Part shown: piece after piece, positions 17,639 to 27,048 of the stretch
How positions within the stretch are numbered: the first letter of the stretch is position 1
How the letters are laid out: each line of letters starts with the position of its first letter
Assembly: GCA_965116735.1 (NCBI GenBank)
Contig: OZ220712.1
Coordinates: 2,369,680 to 2,433,679, forward strand
Direction of reading: 5' to 3'
Origin: Thermodesulfobacteriota bacterium
Lineage (GTDB): Bacteria > Desulfobacterota > Binatia > UBA9968 > JAJDTQ01
DNA length: 64,000 bases
The notes under the pieces: generated by a model
The model's database searches: none
Seen by the model: only the letters and a program-made list of their open reading frames with translations
What the model was told of the DNA's origin: nothing
Made by a program: the position numbers and the translations under genes

Positions 17639-20260
17639 ATGAAAAGCAAAGCGTCCAGACTCCTGGTTCTCCTGTCTCTCGCGGCAGTGCTCGTGGTGGC
17701 GGTGGTGGCGGGAGCGGAAGCGCTGCTTGAGAACCGCAAGGAAGCCGTTCGCCGGAGCATCGAAGGCGCCCTCGGGCGCGCCGTGGCTTTCGATTCCATC
17801 AGCCTGAACTTCCTCGGCAGTCCCGGAAACCTCGGCATCACGGTGACCGACCTGCGGGTGGCCGACGATCCGCGGTTCGCGGCGACCCCGCTGGTCCATA
17901 CCGACCAGCTCACGATCACACTGGGGTGGTTGTCGCTGCTCGCGGGCAAGCCGACGGTGTCCCACATCGTCCTTCACCGCCCCGAAATACAGATCATCCG
18001 TAACGAGTACGGCGACATCAACTTCCTGACGCCGGCGCAGCCGCTCGACGCCCTCTTCCGCTCAGCCCATCGAACCGCCATGGCCGTTCACGCCAGCGGC
18101 GGCAAGCTCTACTTCATCGACCGTTCCGCCGACAAGCCCGAGGAACTCCGCCTGCACGACCTGTCCGTGGCGCTCCAATGGTCGCTGGAACCGAGTGTCT
18201 ACGTCGAGGTGTCCGGCGCCATGGCCACGGGCGGAGAGCTGCCGTTCTCTTTGGCCGGCACCGTTGGAACGTCACGGCCGTTGCCGGAGTGGGCCGGAAA
18301 CGCCGTGGACCTGGAGTTGCGGGCAACGGCCGTGCCTCCGGTTCTGGTGGCGCGGGGCTGGAAGTCGATCGAGAATCACCTCCCCTCCTATTTCCGCCCG
18401 TCCGGACCGATCGCCGTGAACGCACGCGTCTCCGGAACGCTCGAACGTCCCCGGATCTTGGAGATGGACGTAACCGCGGCACTGTTCGGCGCGGTTACGA
18501 ACAACGCCCGGCTGGCCGGCAACCTGGACTTCTCCCGGGCCCTGTCCTGGAACGAGGGCCGCGTCAAGGCCGAGCTGCGGCTCGGACCGGTGAGCATCGA
18601 CCAACTGCGGCAGATTCCATGGGTGGACCGGGTGGTGCCGCCGGGGCTGGCGGTGCATCAACCCATGACCCTGTCGAATCTGGTCGAGGGAAGCTTCGAC
18701 GACCTCAGGGTCGACACGTCGGTCACCGCGGACGCCAACACACTCCAGTACGGCAGGTGGCTCGACAAGGAGCCGGGGGTGGCGGCCCGTCTCGCCATGA
18801 AGACAAGGGTGCGCGACCACCGGGTGGTCATCTACGAGTCCGAGGCGCGGCTCCATAACGGCCGGGTGGTGTTCTCCGGCTCCGTCGACCGTCACCCCGA
18901 GCAGGTGGTGCGGCTACGCCTCAAGACCGACGGCGTAGCACTGGGGGGATGGGAGACGCTGGTGCCGGCAACGGCGGGTTACAAGCTGGAGGGCACCCTC
19001 AGCGGCGGACTCTCGCTGCGGCACAAGGCAGCCCCGCAAGACGAGCCTGCGACGCTGATGGGCAGCCTGCGGCTCGCCGACGTCAACGTCATCGGCCCTC
19101 CGGGAAAGCGCCGGACCATCCAGGGGCTCCAGGCGGACCTGGAGTTCCGCGGCGAAGATGTCGAGATCCGGAGGCTTCAACTGCGGTCGGGACTGTCGGA
19201 TCTCCGAGTCCGCGGACTCCTGGTGAACCTGAGCAGCCCCACGTTGCATTACAGTGTCCAGTCCGACCTGCTCAACGTGGCGGACCTCACCGGTGACGCG
19301 AGATACCGAGCGGATTCCTTCAGCAACGTCGCGAGCGAGGGATCCGCCGACTTCGCCAAGGGCGTCCTGTCCGTCAGGGGCTTCGTCTCCTCCAGCAACG
19401 GGCGGCTCAACGGGATCGCGTACCGAAACCTTGAGGGGCGCGTGAACTGGACCGGCGGCGACCTGAAGGCCGACAGGGTGACGGTCGAGACCCTGGGCGG
19501 CAAGGTACGTGGGCACGGCACGCTGACGAGCCGAAACGGCCAGACCTTCGACCTGGAGTTGAGCCCCACGGCGGAGGGCCTGGAACTCGGCAGTCTGCTG
19601 CCGCTGTTTCCCGCCGCCGCCAAGGACTCCATCAACGGCCGCATCAACCTCCGCGGCCGCTTCCAAAGCACCGGCAAGGACTGGCCGGCCATGGTCCGCA
19701 ACCTGAGTGGACACGGGAAGGTGACGCTGGACAAGGGAGTCCTCCGCAAGTTCAATCCCGTGCGCGGCGTGCTGGCCGCCATGGAGGCCGTGGAAGGAAT
19801 CGACAGGATCGACACCGCCGGACCGGCCTACATCCCGCTGGTGAGCGGCGACCGCGCACCTTTCCGGCTCATCGAGGGGACCTTCACCGTCCACAAGGGC
19901 CGCATCCGGAGCGACGATCTGCTGCTGATCTCCGACGAGTACAGCGTCGTCGGAAGGGGTTGGGCGAACCATGACGGCAAGGTGGACCTGCGGGCAACGC
20001 TGGTGCTGTCATCCGGATTCTCCCACGACCTGAGCGGACGCTACCGCAATGTCCGCTATCTCTTCGATGCCGACGGCATCAGCGTGCCGTTCCGGCTCGC
20101 CGGCAACATCCCAGAGGTCTCCGTCGAGCCCGATGCCGCACAGCTCACCCGCTACATGTACGACAAGCTCGCCGAGGAGAGGGGGCCGAGACCCGACGAC
20201 GCCGACGCGGCCAACCTGTGGGAGCGACTGGGGCGAGGCTTCCGAGAGCTGCTCCGTTGA
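17639..20260 (+). CDS. AsmA-family outer-membrane biogenesis protein
   Basis: N-terminal signal/anchor MKSKASRLLVLLSLAAVLVVAVVAG and a long beta-rich 873-aa body typical of AsmA-like proteins. Confidence 0.75.
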   Translation: MKSKASRLLVLLSLAAVLVVAVVAGAEALLENRKEAVRRSIEGALGRAVAFDSISLNFLGSPGNLGITVTDLRVADDPRFAATPLVHTDQLTITLGWLSLLAGKPTVSHIVLHRPEIQIIRNEYGDINFLTPAQPLDALFRSAHRTAMAVHASGGKLYFIDRSADKPEELRLHDLSVALQWSLEPSVYVEVSGAMATGGELPFSLAGTVGTSRPLPEWAGNAVDLELRATAVPPVLVARGWKSIENHLPSYFRPSGPIAVNARVSGTLERPRILEMDVTAALFGAVTNNARLAGNLDFSRALSWNEGRVKAELRLGPVSIDQLRQIPWVDRVVPPGLAVHQPMTLSNLVEGSFDDLRVDTSVTADANTLQYGRWLDKEPGVAARLAMKTRVRDHRVVIYESEARLHNGRVVFSGSVDRHPEQVVRLRLKTDGVALGGWETLVPATAGYKLEGTLSGGLSLRHKAAPQDEPATLMGSLRLADVNVIGPPGKRRTIQGLQADLEFRGEDVEIRRLQLRSGLSDLRVRGLLVNLSSPTLHYSVQSDLLNVADLTGDARYRADSFSNVASEGSADFAKGVLSVRGFVSSSNGRLNGIAYRNLEGRVNWTGGDLKADRVTVETLGGKVRGHGTLTSRNGQTFDLELSPTAEGLELGSLLPLFPAAAKDSINGRINLRGRFQSTGKDWPAMVRNLSGHGKVTLDKGVLRKFNPVRGVLAAMEAVEGIDRIDTAGPAYIPLVSGDRAPFRLIEGTFTVHKGRIRSDDLLLISDEYSVVGRGWANHDGKVDLRATLVLSSGFSHDLSGRYRNVRYLFDADGISVPFRLAGNIPEVSVEPDAAQLTRYMYDKLAEERGPRPDDADAANLWERLGRGFRELLR

Positions 20261-20309
20261 GCGCCCGCCGCCGGTGATCTCTCCCTCGAATCGCTCGGGG
20301 GAGGAACCC

Positions 20310-20474
20310 CTAGTGTCGCGTCCCGCAAATACCTGGCATAATTTGCTTGTCTTTTTCGCCGTCGGCTGCGTTGCTCTTCCTCGCGTGGTGCCCGCCACTG
20401 CTCGTCATCGCGCCTTGCCGACAACAAAAAATCCTGCGCAACTTATGCCAGGTATTTGCGGGACGCGACACTAG
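20310..20474. mobile_element. MITE-like nested palindromic element, copy 1 (165 bp, 32-bp perfect terminal inverted repeats)
   Basis: TIR-L CTAGTGTCGCGTCCCGCAAATACCTGGCATAA and TIR-R TTATGCCAGGTATTTGCGGGACGCGACACTAG are exact reverse complements. An inner stem TTTTTCGCCGTCGGC/GCCGACAACAAAAAA is present. The core is about 95% identical to the element at 48084..48248, in inverted orientation. Both ends are bounded by CTAG. Confidence 0.6.
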
Positions 20475-20485
20475 CTCTTCCGCCA

Positions 20486-20772
20486 TGGACGTCAACGAGA
20501 TCTACCTCCGGGTAAGCCGGCGCGACATCGCCTACATCAAGTTCATCGTGGAGTCCTATGAGCTGCTGGGCATCATCCGTACGGTAGACCCGGCCGCGGC
20601 GGTCATCGTACTGCTGGTGCTGGAGGACTCCCTTCCACTCGCTCGTGAGGTGCTGGCCGCCCTGGCGGATGAAGTGGACATCGAGGAGGTTCCGCGTCCC
20701 GCCGGCCTGGGCGACGACTGGCTGCTCGCGGAGTTGACCACCCCCGGACCGCACGCCGGCGACGACGCATGA
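20486..20772 (+). CDS. Small conserved protein (DUF4911-like) upstream of RNase R
   Basis: MDVNEIYLRVSRRDIAYIKFIVESYELLGIIRTVDP... starts right after the MITE-like element. The track ORF start at 20347 lies inside the element and is rejected. Confidence 0.5.
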
Positions 20773-20824
20773 CCGGTCGGCGCTCCCCCCTCGACCGCTA
20801 TCCCGGCGGCCACATACCACACCG

Positions 20825-22963
20825 ATGAACGACCCCTCCGCCCTCAAACCCCGCATTCTCTCGTTCATGCTGTCGAGACCGGGCCACCGCTTCAGCCTGC
20901 GGGAGATCCGCAAAGGGTTCGGCAAGCCGGCAAGGGAAACCGTGGTCGACGCGCTCAAGGAGCTGATCCACGAGCGCAAGGTCATCCGTCTTCACAAGAA
21001 CCACTACACCCTCGCCAAGGCCGCCAGCGTGGTGTCGGGGGTCGTGCAGGGGCATCCCGACGGCTTCGGTTTCGTGGTGCCGGACCAGAAGGGGATGGAG
21101 GACATCTACCTCAGCCGCCGGGAGATGCGGCGGGTGATGCACGGCGACCGGGTGCTGGTGCGTCCGGAGAAGAAGCGCCACGGCGACACCCAGGGCCACG
21201 TGGTGGAAGTGCTGGAGCGGGGACAGCGCCGCATCGTCGGCGTGGTCCAGACCGACGGGGATCGTGTCCTGGTAGTGCCCATGGAACCGCGCATCGCCCC
21301 CGCGATTCCCTTGTCGGCGTCCGCGGCGGTCACTCCCGGCCAGGTGGCGGCAGTGGAGATGACCCGCTACGGCGGCGGCTACACGACTCCGGAAGCCCGG
21401 CTCGAGCGGCTTCTGGGATCTCCCGACGATCCCGAGGTCCAGGCGCAGGCGGTGATCTTCCGCTACGGCCTGCCGGACGATTTCCCGGCCGAGGCCCGCC
21501 AGGAGGCCGCGCGCCACGGCGCCGCCGTGAGCTCCACGGTCCTCCACGGGCGCCGGGACCTGCGGGGGCTGACGACCTTCACCGTCGACGGCGAGACCGC
21601 CCACGACTTCGACGATGCCGTGAGCATCGAGACGACCGCGGCGAAGGGTTACCGGCTCTACGTCTCCATCGCCGACGTGGCCGCCTACGTGCCCCAGGGC
21701 TCGGCTCTGGACGGCGAGGCGTACGCGCGCGGCACCAGCGTGTACTTTCCGGACCGGGCCCTTCCCATGCTGCCGCCGGCGCTGTCCAGCGGCATCTGCA
21801 GCCTCAAGGCCGGAACCGACCGGCTCGCCCGGACGGCGCTGCTGGAAATCAACCGCAAGGGAGAGGTGGAGCGGACGGAGCTGTTCCGCTCGGTCATCCG
21901 CAGCGACGCCCGGCTCACCTACACCGCGGTCGCGCAGATCCTGACGGACGGAGACACAGGGGTCATCGACGGGCACCCGGAACTCGCCACGCATCCGGAG
22001 ATCATCGAGGCGCTCAGGGCCATGGAGGAGCTGACGCACATCCTGATGGAACGGCGGCGCGCCCGCGGCAGCCTCGACTTCGAGCTGCCGGAAACCGAAA
22101 TTCTGCTCGACGACCACAACATGCCCACGGACATCCGGCGCGCGGAACGCACCATCGCCCACCGGCTGATCGAGGAGTTCATGATCGCCGCCAACGAGGC
22201 GGTGGCGGGCTACCTGCGGGAGCGGAAGTTCCCCTGCGTCTACCGGGTGCACGAAGGTCCCGACGAGGACACCCTGGACGCCATCGAGCCCTTCCTCTCC
22301 ACCCTTGGATACCCGCTGCACCGCGGCGGCGAGAAGGTCTCGGCCGCAGAAATCCAGCGGGTTCTGGAGGCGTGCCGCGGCAAGCCCGAGGAGCGCGTGC
22401 TGAACCGGATGCTGCTGCGCTCCATGAAGCAGGCCGTCTACGATCCCGAGAACATCGGCCACTTCGGCCTTGCCTCCGGCGCCTACCTCCACTTCACCTC
22501 GCCGATACGCCGTTACCCCGACCTCGTGGTGCACCGGCTCATCGATCAGGCCCAGACGGATTCCAGGCTCGCCCCGCGGACACGGGAAGAGCTCGCCGCC
22601 TACCTCCAGGAGGCCGCCGACCACAGCTCCGCGCGGGAGCGCCTGGCCATGGACGCGGAGCGCGAGATGGTGGACCTCAAAAAGGCCCAGTTCATGACCG
22701 ACAAGATCGGCGAGGTGCACACCGGCGTCATCACCGATCTCACCAACTTCGGCTTCTTCGTGGAACTGGACCGCTGGTTCGTGGAAGGGCTGGTCAACCT
22801 CAGGTCGCTGGAGGATGACTACTACCGATATTACGAGACCGCCCACCTCATCAAGGGCCAGAACCACGGCCGCGCGTTCCGCATGGGCGACGCCGTCACG
22901 GTGCGCGTCGTCCGGGTCAAGCTGTTCCAGGGCGAGATCGATTTCGAGCTGGCACGGCCGTGA
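20825..22963 (+). CDS. rnr: Ribonuclease R (RNB-family 3'-5' exoribonuclease with S1 domain)
   Basis: N-terminal HTH and cold-shock-like region, central RNB catalytic domain and C-terminal S1 domain (GEVHTGVITDLTNFGFFVEL). Confidence 0.9.
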   Translation: MNDPSALKPRILSFMLSRPGHRFSLREIRKGFGKPARETVVDALKELIHERKVIRLHKNHYTLAKAASVVSGVVQGHPDGFGFVVPDQKGMEDIYLSRREMRRVMHGDRVLVRPEKKRHGDTQGHVVEVLERGQRRIVGVVQTDGDRVLVVPMEPRIAPAIPLSASAAVTPGQVAAVEMTRYGGGYTTPEARLERLLGSPDDPEVQAQAVIFRYGLPDDFPAEARQEAARHGAAVSSTVLHGRRDLRGLTTFTVDGETAHDFDDAVSIETTAAKGYRLYVSIADVAAYVPQGSALDGEAYARGTSVYFPDRALPMLPPALSSGICSLKAGTDRLARTALLEINRKGEVERTELFRSVIRSDARLTYTAVAQILTDGDTGVIDGHPELATHPEIIEALRAMEELTHILMERRRARGSLDFELPETEILLDDHNMPTDIRRAERTIAHRLIEEFMIAANEAVAGYLRERKFPCVYRVHEGPDEDTLDAIEPFLSTLGYPLHRGGEKVSAAEIQRVLEACRGKPEERVLNRMLLRSMKQAVYDPENIGHFGLASGAYLHFTSPIRRYPDLVVHRLIDQAQTDSRLAPRTREELAAYLQEAADHSSARERLAMDAEREMVDLKKAQFMTDKIGEVHTGVITDLTNFGFFVELDRWFVEGLVNLRSLEDDYYRYYETAHLIKGQNHGRAFRMGDAVTVRVVRVKLFQGEIDFELARP

Positions 22964-22978
22964 GCCGTTCGGCCGCGC

Positions 22979-23848
22979 TCAACGGGCCGTGGTGACCAGG
23001 ATGATGCCGATAACTACCAGCACCGTGCCGAGGACAGTGGTCCTGGTGACCCGCTCCATGTCTCGGAGAAAGATGACGGTGGCCAGCAGGATCCACATGG
23101 GCAGGGTCGCCGTGATGGGCGCGATGACGACGACCTCGCCGCTGTTGAGGGCATAGAGGATGCCGGCGCCGCCCAGCGACTCGAAGGCGCCCGCCCACAC
23201 GAACGCCCACAGCGCCCGCCTGTCCCAGATGTAGCGCTGCGCCAGCGGCGGCACGGCCTGGGCAATCCCCACGACCAACAGTCCCACCAGGCCCATGACC
23301 GCCGCGAAGAACAGCGGCTCGGGGGTGAGGGTCAACGCCACCCGGCGCAACGGGAAAGCGACGCCGGCCAGGAATGCGGCGGTCATCGGCAACAGGACGT
23401 ACCATCGCGAAACCTCCATCCGGGCCTCGGCGCGCTGCCAGGAAATCGCGGTAATGCCCGCGATGACCGTGACGTTGCCGAGGAACACCCGCGGCGTCAG
23501 CACCTCTCCCAGCAGCGTGACCGCGATGAGCCCGGCCCAGAAAGGGTGGGTGGCGCGCAGGGGGCCGGTGCGCGCCGCGCCGATCATCTGCATGCCCTGG
23601 TAGGTGAGGTGGCGGATGAAGGGCTGGAAGCTCCCGGCGATGACGATGAGCCAGAGGGCGGTCCAGTTCCACGACGGCACTCCGAGGATCGCCACCGGAA
23701 TACCGAACATCGCGCACATGGCGATCAGGGACACCACCGTCACGGTGGCCGAGTTGGAATACCTCATGCCCTTGCGGGCCAGGACAAAGCTCAAGGCATA
23801 GAGGACGGCCGACAGGATGGCGATGAGTTCGGGAGGCATGACGGCCAA
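22979..23848 (-). CDS. DMT-family transporter (EamA-like)
   Basis: Ten predicted TM segments with duplicated EamA halves. Confidence 0.8.
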   Translation of the reverse strand: MAVMPPELIAILSAVLYALSFVLARKGMRYSNSATVTVVSLIAMCAMFGIPVAILGVPSWNWTALWLIVIAGSFQPFIRHLTYQGMQMIGAARTGPLRATHPFWAGLIAVTLLGEVLTPRVFLGNVTVIAGITAISWQRAEARMEVSRWYVLLPMTAAFLAGVAFPLRRVALTLTPEPLFFAAVMGLVGLLVVGIAQAVPPLAQRYIWDRRALWAFVWAGAFESLGGAGILYALNSGEVVVIAPITATLPMWILLATVIFLRDMERVTRTTVLGTVLVVIGIILVTTAR

Positions 23849-23854
23849 GTCCGG

Positions 23855-24697
23855 CTAGTGGCTTGTAGCGATGATGGTGATGGTTCCGGCGACCACGGCG
23901 AGGGTGCCCGCCGCCGACTTCGCGGTGATCCGTTCCACGCCACGCAACACCAACACGGCCAGGAGCAGGGTCCACAGGGGAGAGGTGGCCACCAGGGGCG
24001 CCACCGCCACCACCTTGCCCATGCTCACGGCGATGAGCGAGCACAGCGACGCCGCGGTCTCGAAGGCCCCCGCCACCACGAACGGCAGCACGGCGCGCCG
24101 GTCCCAGGCGATTCGGTCGCGCGTGCCGCCCGCCGACAGGGAAACGGCGAGACAGACGGATGCCACCGTGGCCAGCACCGCGGCGAAGAAGAGCGGCTGA
24201 TTCGAGATGTCGAGGGCGTAGCGCCGCACCGGAAACGCGATGCCGGCAAGGAACGCCGCGCTCAGCGGGAACAGGATGTGCCACCAGCGGTAGCTGGGGG
24301 CGCCGCGGTCGGGACTCCAGGAGATCAGGACCGTCCCGGCCACCACCAGCACCGTGCCCGCCATGACGCCCGGAGTCAGGCTCTCCCCCAGCAGCGCCAC
24401 CGACCATGCCGCGCTCCAGAGCGGGTAGGTGGTCCGCAACGGTTGGCTGCGGGAGGCGCCGATCCTTGCCACTCCGGTGAAGGTGAGGTAGCTCGTGCCC
24501 GTCTGCATGACTCCCAGGAGCACGAAGATCGACACCGCAAGCGATGCCACCGGGGGAACACCGCCCGTGGCCAGGACGGCGCACCAGAGCAGCGTCATCC
24601 GCACTGCCATCGCCACGCAGGTGGCGGTGAGGGGCGTGGAATAACGCAGCCCCAGCCGCGAGGAGACCGAGACCGACGCGTAGGCGAAGGCCGCCAT
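23855..24697 (-). CDS. DMT-family transporter (EamA-like), tandem paralog
   Basis: Paralog of the preceding gene. The start is chosen at MAAFAYASVS; the upstream Arg-rich extension of the track ORF is rejected. Confidence 0.75.
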   Translation of the reverse strand: MAAFAYASVSVSSRLGLRYSTPLTATCVAMAVRMTLLWCAVLATGGVPPVASLAVSIFVLLGVMQTGTSYLTFTGVARIGASRSQPLRTTYPLWSAAWSVALLGESLTPGVMAGTVLVVAGTVLISWSPDRGAPSYRWWHILFPLSAAFLAGIAFPVRRYALDISNQPLFFAAVLATVASVCLAVSLSAGGTRDRIAWDRRAVLPFVVAGAFETAASLCSLIAVSMGKVVAVAPLVATSPLWTLLLAVLVLRGVERITAKSAAGTLAVVAGTITIIATSH

Positions 24698-24746
24698 CAG
24701 GGCTATGGCTTCCGCGGGCACCGGAGCGGGGATCCTCGGCCGCGCG

Positions 24747-25670
24747 TCACTCCGGACCCGCCGCCGGCCGCGGGCTGGCGGCGCCCGGCGCAAGCCAGCG
24801 GGACGCCAGGTCCTCCACTCCGACGCCGGCATCCGGGGCCGTCAGGCGCAGCAGCCTGTCCACTTGCGGGAGATCCACGGTCATGCGCGGATCCAGCAGC
24901 CCCAGGTAGTCGTCGTAGAGCACCGCCGCCAGATCGGGCGCATACCTGAACACCCGCTCGAGCATGGCCAGAGTCTCGCTTCGGTGGCCCTGCAGGTATC
25001 GGATCGCCTCCCGGTGGGAGACCAGGAACATCCTCAAGGCGTTGCCCTTGTCACGCAGGGTGGAGGCCATGGTTTCGATGCTGATGGGGAGCGGATCGCC
25101 CGCCACCTCCGGCCAGTCGGAGACGGGCAGGAAACCGCGTTCCCTGGCGACGAAGTCGAACGGGCGCGGTATGAGCACCGCGTCGGTGGAACCCGCCGTC
25201 AGCCGGTCCAACGCGTGCTGGTCCGTGTCCACCGGTTCGAGCCCTACATCGGCGCCCAGCTCGAGGCCGGCGCGGTCCCGCAACGTCCCGGCCAGCGGCG
25301 CGGTCTCGGCGATGATCCGGCGGCACGCCACCGCCTTGCCGCGCAGGCCGGCGATCGCCTCGATGCCGGGCGCGGCCATGAGCAGGTAGGGGCTGCGGTT
25401 CATGCAGGAGCCGATGAGCCGCGTCGCGCCGGTACGGAGGAAATGCTGCAGCGACGCCCGCCCGATGACCAGGGACAGGTCGGCCTCGCCCGCCGCCAGC
25501 GCCTGGTTCCGCTCTTCCGTGCCCTGAACATGGTCCCAGGACAGCTCCAGCCCGCGGCGCCGGTAGATCCCCCGCTCGATGGCCAGATAGCCCGTCGGGT
25601 CGCGCGCCACCATCTCTTTCCCCTCGCCGAGGACCCCGTACAGGACCCTCAACCGTGTCACTTCCATCAT
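24747..25670 (-). CDS. NMT1/THI5-like (SsuA/TauA-type) substrate-binding-domain protein
   Basis: GGGAGG SD precedes ATGATG at 25670. The body resembles aliphatic sulfonate/nitrate binding proteins. No obvious signal peptide. Confidence 0.7.
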   Translation of the reverse strand: MMEVTRLRVLYGVLGEGKEMVARDPTGYLAIERGIYRRRGLELSWDHVQGTEERNQALAAGEADLSLVIGRASLQHFLRTGATRLIGSCMNRSPYLLMAAPGIEAIAGLRGKAVACRRIIAETAPLAGTLRDRAGLELGADVGLEPVDTDQHALDRLTAGSTDAVLIPRPFDFVARERGFLPVSDWPEVAGDPLPISIETMASTLRDKGNALRMFLVSHREAIRYLQGHRSETLAMLERVFRYAPDLAAVLYDDYLGLLDPRMTVDLPQVDRLLRLTAPDAGVGVEDLASRWLAPGAASPRPAAGPE

Positions 25671-25851
25671 GCCTCCCGGGTTTCCACCCCCGGACCAGCC
25701 ACGTCCCACGCGGCCCCGCCGGGCGGAACTTGACACCACCATAGCGAAGGTGTACCGCCTTGCATAGAAGGGCCGGGCCGGTTCGACACCGTCGCACGGC
25801 TGATTCGGCAAGCACGGGACCCGAGCCCGATCGTCGCAAGGAGGCACGGCC

Positions 25852-26928
25852 ATGACCATCGCACTGTCCCACGGCGGAACCACCATCTATTCGTCCCCTT
25901 CCCGCTCCCAGGAGGTCTGGGTAGGCACCCAAAAGGGCATCGCCGTGCTGGAGCGGGACTCCGGCGGCAACGGCTGGCGCGTCGCCCGGCACATGCTCCC
26001 GGACAAGCACATCAGCGCCATCCACCAGGAGCCGGAAAGCGGGTTGTTCTTCGCCGGAGCGTTCCACGGCGGGCTGCACGTAAGCGCCGACCAGGGCGCC
26101 TCCTGGGAGGCGCGGGAGAACGGGCTCACCTCCAACGACGTCTACAGCGTCGCCTCCTCCCGGAGCAACGGCGGCACCCGGCTTTACTGCGGCACCGAGC
26201 CGGCGCACCTGTTCTGCAGCGATGACCTGGGCGGGCACTGGACCGAGCTGCCAGCGCTGCGGTCGGTGCCCAGCGTGCCCGACTGGAGTTTCCCGGCGCC
26301 GCCTCACATCGCCCATGCCAAGCACATCAACTTCGATCCCCACGATCCCGACACCGTGTACGTGAGCGTGGAGGTGGGCGGACTGCTGAGGAGCACGGAC
26401 CGCGGCGAGTCCTTCGAGCAGCTCCACGGCATCTACGAGGACGCGCACCGGCTGGTGATCCACCCGGAAGACAGCAGGCGGTTGTACGTCGTCACCGGGC
26501 GCGGGTTGTACGTCTCCGTCGACGGCGGCAAGAGCTTCGAGGAATGGTTCTCCCGCCCGTCGGACATCGGCAACTATCCAGACGGCTGCGTGCTCCATCC
26601 GCAACGGCCCGACCTGATGTTCCTGAGCGCGGCCGAGTACAGCCCGGGACAGTGGCGAAAGACCGGTTCGGCCGAAGCGCGCATCTCCCGCAGCAAGGAC
26701 GGCGGGAGCACGTGGGAGATCCTGGCCAACGGGCTCCCGCACCGGCTGCAGGCGAGCATCGAGGCGCTCTGCCTGGAAGCGGCCGGCGACGACGTCTCGG
26801 TCTTCGCCGCCACCACCAACGGGGACGTCTATTGCAGTGACGACGCCGGGGATAGCTGGTCGGTCATCGCCAGCGGGCTGGCGCCCATCTCCAAGGACGC
26901 CCACTACAAGGATCTGCAGGCAGCGTAG
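25852..26928 (+). CDS. BNR/Asp-box repeat protein (beta-propeller, sialidase / Ycf48-like fold)
   Basis: Six SxDxGxxW/F Asp-box motifs: SADQGASW, SDDLGGHW, STDRGESF, SVDGGKSF, SKDGGSTW and SDDAGDSW. SD AAGGAGG. Confidence 0.75.
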   Translation: MTIALSHGGTTIYSSPSRSQEVWVGTQKGIAVLERDSGGNGWRVARHMLPDKHISAIHQEPESGLFFAGAFHGGLHVSADQGASWEARENGLTSNDVYSVASSRSNGGTRLYCGTEPAHLFCSDDLGGHWTELPALRSVPSVPDWSFPAPPHIAHAKHINFDPHDPDTVYVSVEVGGLLRSTDRGESFEQLHGIYEDAHRLVIHPEDSRRLYVVTGRGLYVSVDGGKSFEEWFSRPSDIGNYPDGCVLHPQRPDLMFLSAAEYSPGQWRKTGSAEARISRSKDGGSTWEILANGLPHRLQASIEALCLEAAGDDVSVFAATTNGDVYCSDDAGDSWSVIASGLAPISKDAHYKDLQAA

Positions 26929-27048
26929 GGGCGACGTTCGAAAGAACCGCGTTCCGGAACGAGGCAGGGCGCCATGTCCCTGTCCTGCGCTCGGGCGGAC
27001 TCGCTTACCCGGAGACCGAGGCTCCGGAAACGGACAGGAATCATTCGA

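Noticed and set aside
20310-20474. Considered integron attC identity for the nested palindromes
   Set aside because: The ends are CTAG...CTAG, not the RYYYAAC/GTTRRRY core sites. No integron integrase is nearby, and the length and symmetry are too perfect.
20347-20485. N-terminal extension of the DUF4911-like ORF, and the peptides 20310..20495 and 48036..48248 that share a motif
   Set aside because: These lie inside the MITE-like elements. The shared peptide (QGA.TSSGGHHARKSNAADGEKD) is a by-product of nucleotide conservation of the element core, not a conserved protein.
20798-22867. 689-aa minus-strand ORF antisense to RNase R
   Set aside because: Low-complexity composition, no family resemblance, and fully overlapped by the convincingly conserved rnr gene.
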